A stretch of 64,000 bases of DNA from NCBI GenBank assembly GCA_034189385.1, contig JAXHVD010000011.1:64001-128000 (forward strand), in the 5' to 3' direction. The number at the start of each line of letters is the position of its first letter. Position 1 is the first letter of the stretch. Both the position numbers and the translations under genes were made by a program. This document shows, piece by piece, positions 59,998-64,000 of the stretch. The notes beneath the pieces are model-generated. The model ran no database searches. It was given only the letters and a program-made list of their open reading frames with translations, and was not told the DNA's origin. The DNA is from Thermodesulfobacteriota bacterium (lineage in GTDB: Bacteria > Desulfobacterota > Desulfobacteria > Desulfobacterales > C00003060).

Positions 59998-60019
59998 GTT
60001 TTTCCTACAGGAGGTATTC

Positions 60020-62410
60020 ATGAAGATCCGTCACATACTGATCTTTCTTCTTATACTATTGCTAGCACCGATATCGGTTAGTACTGCACAGGAAAAGGCA
60101 GAGCATCCAGTTGTGCGTATCGGCATTGTGAAGGATGGGCCCGTTATCCGATTTCCTGATCACCTGGAGACCGTCAAGCAGGAGATTCTGGCCCTCACTG
60201 CCAACCAATTCGACGTTCGGTTTCCGGCGGATAAGACCATCGTTGCCGACTGGACCATGCCCGGGATAATTGTGGCCGTCAACCAGTTGCTCATCGACCC
60301 GGACGTGGGCCTCGTCATCACCGTGGGCTTCAGGGCCTCAGACCACGTTTGCAGTCTCAGAGAGCTCAAGAAACCGGTTATTGCCGCCTCAGTTGTGAAT
60401 GCAGAAATGCAGCAACTCCCCCGCAAAGGAAGTGCCAGCGGTGTGAGGAACCTCACCTATATCAGCCCCCAGAGAAAACCCGGCAGCTCTCTCTGGGCCT
60501 TTCAAGAGATTGTCCCCTTCAACCATCTGGCCGTGCTCGCTGATGGCCTCTTCGTGGAGACCTTCCCGAAACTAGATCGCTTTACTCGCCGCGTCCTGGA
60601 TGATCTTCCCGTGGAGGTAAAGATAGTACGAGCTGAAAGGTCGGCGCAAGCAGTCCTAGAAGCATTGCCGCCCAAGACCGATGGGGTGATGGTGTTTCCT
60701 CTCATGCGTTTCTCGCCCGGTGAATTTCAAAAACTGGTGGATGGTCTCACAAGTCGAAAGCTTCCGAGTTTTTCCGCTTACGGCCCGACTGAGGTGAAAC
60801 AAGGGTTGCTCGCCAGCATCAATTCCGAGTCTCTTATACCTCGTCGAGCAAGAAGAATTGCCATGAACGTGCACCGCATCTTGCTGGGAGAGGATGCAGG
60901 GACCCTTCCCGTTGCGTTCCCTTCAGATGAGCAGCTCACCATCAACATGGCCACGGCCCGGGCTGTGGGCGTCTATCCAACGTGGCGCGTATTGATCGAA
61001 GCGGAACTGCTTCATGAGCAGCCCGGCGGCGTAGAGCGGCACCTTTCTTTGAACTCGGCGGTGCGAGAAGCTATTGCCGCGAACCTTGACCTTGCCGTGC
61101 AAGACAGGAACGTTGCGGCAGGGAAGCAGGTCGTGAACCAAGCACGATCCGCCCTGCTGCCCCGGATGGACCTTGATGCCAAAGGTTTTGTCATCGACGA
61201 TGACCGGGCAATGGCTACAGGAGGCGTGCAGCCGGAGCGGAGCGTCACCGGCTCCGCCACAGGGACACAGATCATTTACTCTGAAGATGCCTGGTCAAAC
61301 TTCACGGCAGAAAAACACTTCCAGGCGTCTCGGGAAGAGGAGCGGGAGACCGCTAAGCTGGACATTATCTTGGATACGGCAGTTGCCTATCTGGAAGTCT
61401 TGCGGGCCAAGACCATCGAGAGGATCCAGAAAGACAACCTCAGACTCACGAGGGCCAACCTGGAACGTGCTCGTGCTCGCGTTTCCATTGGCATGGCAAG
61501 TCGTGCTGAGGAGTTTCGCTGGGAGAGTGAAATCGCCACAAGCAAACAGGTGGTCCTGGACGCCCTTGCCAGGCGCCGTGAATCTGAAAACGCCCTGAAT
61601 CGTCTACTTAACCGGCCGCAGGAGGAACGATTCACCACTGAGGAAACAGACCTGAAGGACCCACTGCTCCTTATCAGTGATGAGCGTTTTCATGTCCGTA
61701 TGGACAACCCGAAAAGTCTCAGCATATTAAGAGACTTTCTCGTGGAACAAGGGTTGGCCGCCGCCCCGGAACTTCGCAGACTGGACGCTGCCATTGAAGC
61801 CCAGAAGCGAATCCTCCTTGCTACCAAACGAGCTCATTGGTTGCCCACCTTTTCCCTCCAGGGTAATGTAACGGAACTTCTGGCAGAAGACGGAGAGGGT
61901 CAGAGGGACGATGGACTCACAGGCCAGAATGACACCGATTGGAGCGCCGGGGTATTTGCCACGTTTCCCCTTTTCGAGGGAGGGGGTAAGCAGGCAGCAA
62001 CGAAAAGGGCCCTGGAGGAACTCTTCGGTTTGCGTACCGAGCGTCAGGCAACGGCTGAGAAGATTGAAGAGAAGATTCGCTCTTCATTGCATCAGGCAGG
62101 TGCTTCTTACGTCAGCATTGAACTTTCCCGAGACGCAGCAGAGGCATCAGCAAAGAATCTGGAACTGGTCACCGACTCCTATGTGCGGGGAACCGTATCC
62201 ATTATCGATCTGATCGATGCCCAAAATTCTGCCCTGGTGGCAGACCAAGCCGCAGAGAATGCCGTTTACGACTTCCTCATCGACCTCATGAAGGTGCAAC
62301 GGGCCACAGGCCAGTTTGACTTCTTCATGCCTCGTGAAGAACGGGAGGCATGGTTTCAAAGGCTTGAAATCTTCTTTGAACAGGCCGGGATGGCGCCAAA
62401 AAGAAGATAG
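60020..62410 (+). CDS. TolC-family outer membrane factor fused to an N-terminal substrate-binding-like domain
   Basis: Signal peptide; LTINMATARAVG ends the first domain; then LSLNSAVREAIAANLDL, FPLFEGG, IIDLIDAQ. Confidence 0.88.
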   Translation: MKIRHILIFLLILLLAPISVSTAQEKAEHPVVRIGIVKDGPVIRFPDHLETVKQEILALTANQFDVRFPADKTIVADWTMPGIIVAVNQLLIDPDVGLVITVGFRASDHVCSLRELKKPVIAASVVNAEMQQLPRKGSASGVRNLTYISPQRKPGSSLWAFQEIVPFNHLAVLADGLFVETFPKLDRFTRRVLDDLPVEVKIVRAERSAQAVLEALPPKTDGVMVFPLMRFSPGEFQKLVDGLTSRKLPSFSAYGPTEVKQGLLASINSESLIPRRARRIAMNVHRILLGEDAGTLPVAFPSDEQLTINMATARAVGVYPTWRVLIEAELLHEQPGGVERHLSLNSAVREAIAANLDLAVQDRNVAAGKQVVNQARSALLPRMDLDAKGFVIDDDRAMATGGVQPERSVTGSATGTQIIYSEDAWSNFTAEKHFQASREEERETAKLDIILDTAVAYLEVLRAKTIERIQKDNLRLTRANLERARARVSIGMASRAEEFRWESEIATSKQVVLDALARRRESENALNRLLNRPQEERFTTEETDLKDPLLLISDERFHVRMDNPKSLSILRDFLVEQGLAAAPELRRLDAAIEAQKRILLATKRAHWLPTFSLQGNVTELLAEDGEGQRDDGLTGQNDTDWSAGVFATFPLFEGGGKQAATKRALEELFGLRTERQATAEKIEEKIRSSLHQAGASYVSIELSRDAAEASAKNLELVTDSYVRGTVSIIDLIDAQNSALVADQAAENAVYDFLIDLMKVQRATGQFDFFMPREEREAWFQRLEIFFEQAGMAPKRR

Positions 62411-62431
62411 AAACGAAAGGCATACTCGCCC

Positions 62432-63094
62432 ATGGCTCACAGCTGGAACAACTGGTTGACCCAGAGAAGATTCCTGGTGCTGTTAATTTCGTTGCTGCTC
62501 CTTGCCCTGATCCACCCAATTCTTTCAAGCCTTGATCTGGTCGGTGCAAGACTCCTTTTGAACATCTTTCTCACCATTATCCTTTTCACAAGCATCTATG
62601 CTGTCAGCCACAAGAAAGGACTCTTCATCATCACCTTATGCCTGGGCATCCCTTCCTTCGGAGCTCGTTGGTTGGTCCAGTTCTTGGGCACTTCTCCCGG
62701 CATTCTTGTGGGGATCCTGAGCATGATGGCAGCCTTCTTGATTTTTGTGGCAGTCAGCATGCTGTCTCACGTCTTGAAAGACGATGCCGTAACAGGCGAA
62801 AAGATCAGTGCATCCATCTGTGTGTACCTGCTCATCGGCTTGGTTTGGGCTTGTCTTTTTTCCCTAACCTATGTTCTTCAGCCCGGGTCTTTTCAGCTTG
62901 AAAATCCTAAGCTCTCAGACTTCGTCTATTACAGCTATATTACCTTAAGCACCCTTGGGTACGGAGACATTACGCCTCTATCGCCTCCTGCCCGAGCATT
63001 GGCTTATGTGGAGGCCATCACAGGTCAAATCTATTTGGCCGTCCTGATAGCACGACTGGTGGCCCTTCATATCGCCCACGGAAAGAAGAAATAG
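62432..63094 (+). CDS. Potassium-channel-family protein
   Basis: Filter YYSYITLSTLGYGDITP; several TMs. Confidence 0.9.
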   Translation: MAHSWNNWLTQRRFLVLLISLLLLALIHPILSSLDLVGARLLLNIFLTIILFTSIYAVSHKKGLFIITLCLGIPSFGARWLVQFLGTSPGILVGILSMMAAFLIFVAVSMLSHVLKDDAVTGEKISASICVYLLIGLVWACLFSLTYVLQPGSFQLENPKLSDFVYYSYITLSTLGYGDITPLSPPARALAYVEAITGQIYLAVLIARLVALHIAHGKKK

Positions 63095-63203
63095 CTGTTC
63101 CCACTCTAGTGGTCATCTTACTAGCAATCTTAGCCCGGCCTGAGGGGAGTTCGAATGTGACGGTCGTAATGAGTAATCACTAAAGAGACTAAAGGAGGAG
63201 ATC

Positions 63204-63869
63204 ATGCGAGCCATTCGTAGAGGAGCGTTCGTTCTGGTCATTGTTGTTGTGGCATATAGTAGCGTTGCAGACTGCGGGGAGAAACCGAAGTACTCAGGTT
63301 TCCTCAAAGATTACCCATCGTTTATTGAGGGCAAAAAAGGGGTCGATATGGTCTATACGAAGGCAGGAGTCGACTTCAGCAAATACAACAAGATCATGAT
63401 GGACGAAGTGGTTTTCTACTTCAAGAAGGACGCTGACTACAAAGGGATTCATCCCAGTGAGATCCAGGAATTGAGTGAGGCATTTAACAGGGCATTCATC
63501 GATGCCCTAAACGATGCCTATCCCCTTACAGACAAACCAGGACCGGATGTGATGAGGGTGCGTGTCGGCATTACTGAAATCAAAATGAGCAAGCCAGGCA
63601 TGGGCACGGTGACCACGATTATTCCTGTCGGTCTGGCAGTCAGCCTAGTCAAGAAGGGCGCGACCGGTGGGTATACAGGCATTGGGAGCGCGAGTATGGA
63701 GGCCGAGTTCCTTGACTCCGTGAGCAATGAACGGATCGGTGCCGCCATTGATAAGGCACCCGGTGGCAAACTCGATCTGGGTAAATTGACGCCAGCAAAA
63801 GAGGCTTTCGAGTTCTGGGCAGGAAGACTTAGAATATGGTTAGACGAAATCCACAGCAAGGCACACTAG
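63204..63869 (+). CDS. DUF3313-like exported protein
   Basis: YSGFLKDY, DFSKYNKIM, PGPDVMRVRVGIT, MEAEFLDS; RBS AGGAGG. Confidence 0.8.
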   Translation: MRAIRRGAFVLVIVVVAYSSVADCGEKPKYSGFLKDYPSFIEGKKGVDMVYTKAGVDFSKYNKIMMDEVVFYFKKDADYKGIHPSEIQELSEAFNRAFIDALNDAYPLTDKPGPDVMRVRVGITEIKMSKPGMGTVTTIIPVGLAVSLVKKGATGGYTGIGSASMEAEFLDSVSNERIGAAIDKAPGGKLDLGKLTPAKEAFEFWAGRLRIWLDEIHSKAH

Positions 63870-63901
63870 ATGAGGAATGACTTGACCTGGCAAGGTAACT
63901 A

Positions 63902-64000
63902 ATGACTGAACAAACCACCATAAGTTTTAGCCGACCTGAGGCTCATACCCTTCTGGTAAGGCTGGCAGGGAAGTGGAAAATCGGAGAAGACCTGCCGCAG
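63902..64000 (+). CDS. 5' part of a CDS, possibly MlaE-type permease with N-terminal STAS-like domain
   Basis: MTEQTTISFSRPEAHTLLVRLAGKWKIGEDLPQ, open to window end; product is a guess. Confidence 0.45.
   Translation, partial: MTEQTTISFSRPEAHTLLVRLAGKWKIGEDLPQ

Overview
Bacterial chromosomal segment, roughly 50-55% GC by eye. Gene content (ahbD with hemB, class III RNR, TrpB2, waaA, LppC-like lipoprotein) fits a Gram-negative anaerobe, probably Desulfobacterota/Deltaproteobacteria (inference). Housekeeping genes: rarA, der, trpB2, waaA, recQ, ihfA, nrdDG, kptA-like, CCA-enzyme-like, clpX-like, hemB, ahbD, tRNA-Arg(CCG), tRNA-Pro(GGG). Accessory parts: a secreted-protein block (15-23 kb); a 13-kb signalling block (USP, atypical kinase, IHF, hybrid kinase, HDOD, kaiC-kaiB-kaiB, multi-PAS kinase, REC protein); an intact IS256 with 8-bp target duplication; an RND/TolC operon. 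Best leads: (1) a candidate Trp attenuator upstream of trpB2, (2) a KaiA-less KaiC-KaiB-KaiB module wired to a kinase, (3) a membrane-anchored histone-H1-like protein with an internal duplication, (4) a tRNA-Arg gene antisense to the 3' end of the CCA-enzyme-like gene, next to a degenerate KptA, (5) several families of small non-coding inverted-repeat elements, one modular. No CRISPR array, rRNA or prophage seen. Product calls rest on motif recognition, not database searches; start codons are best guesses.
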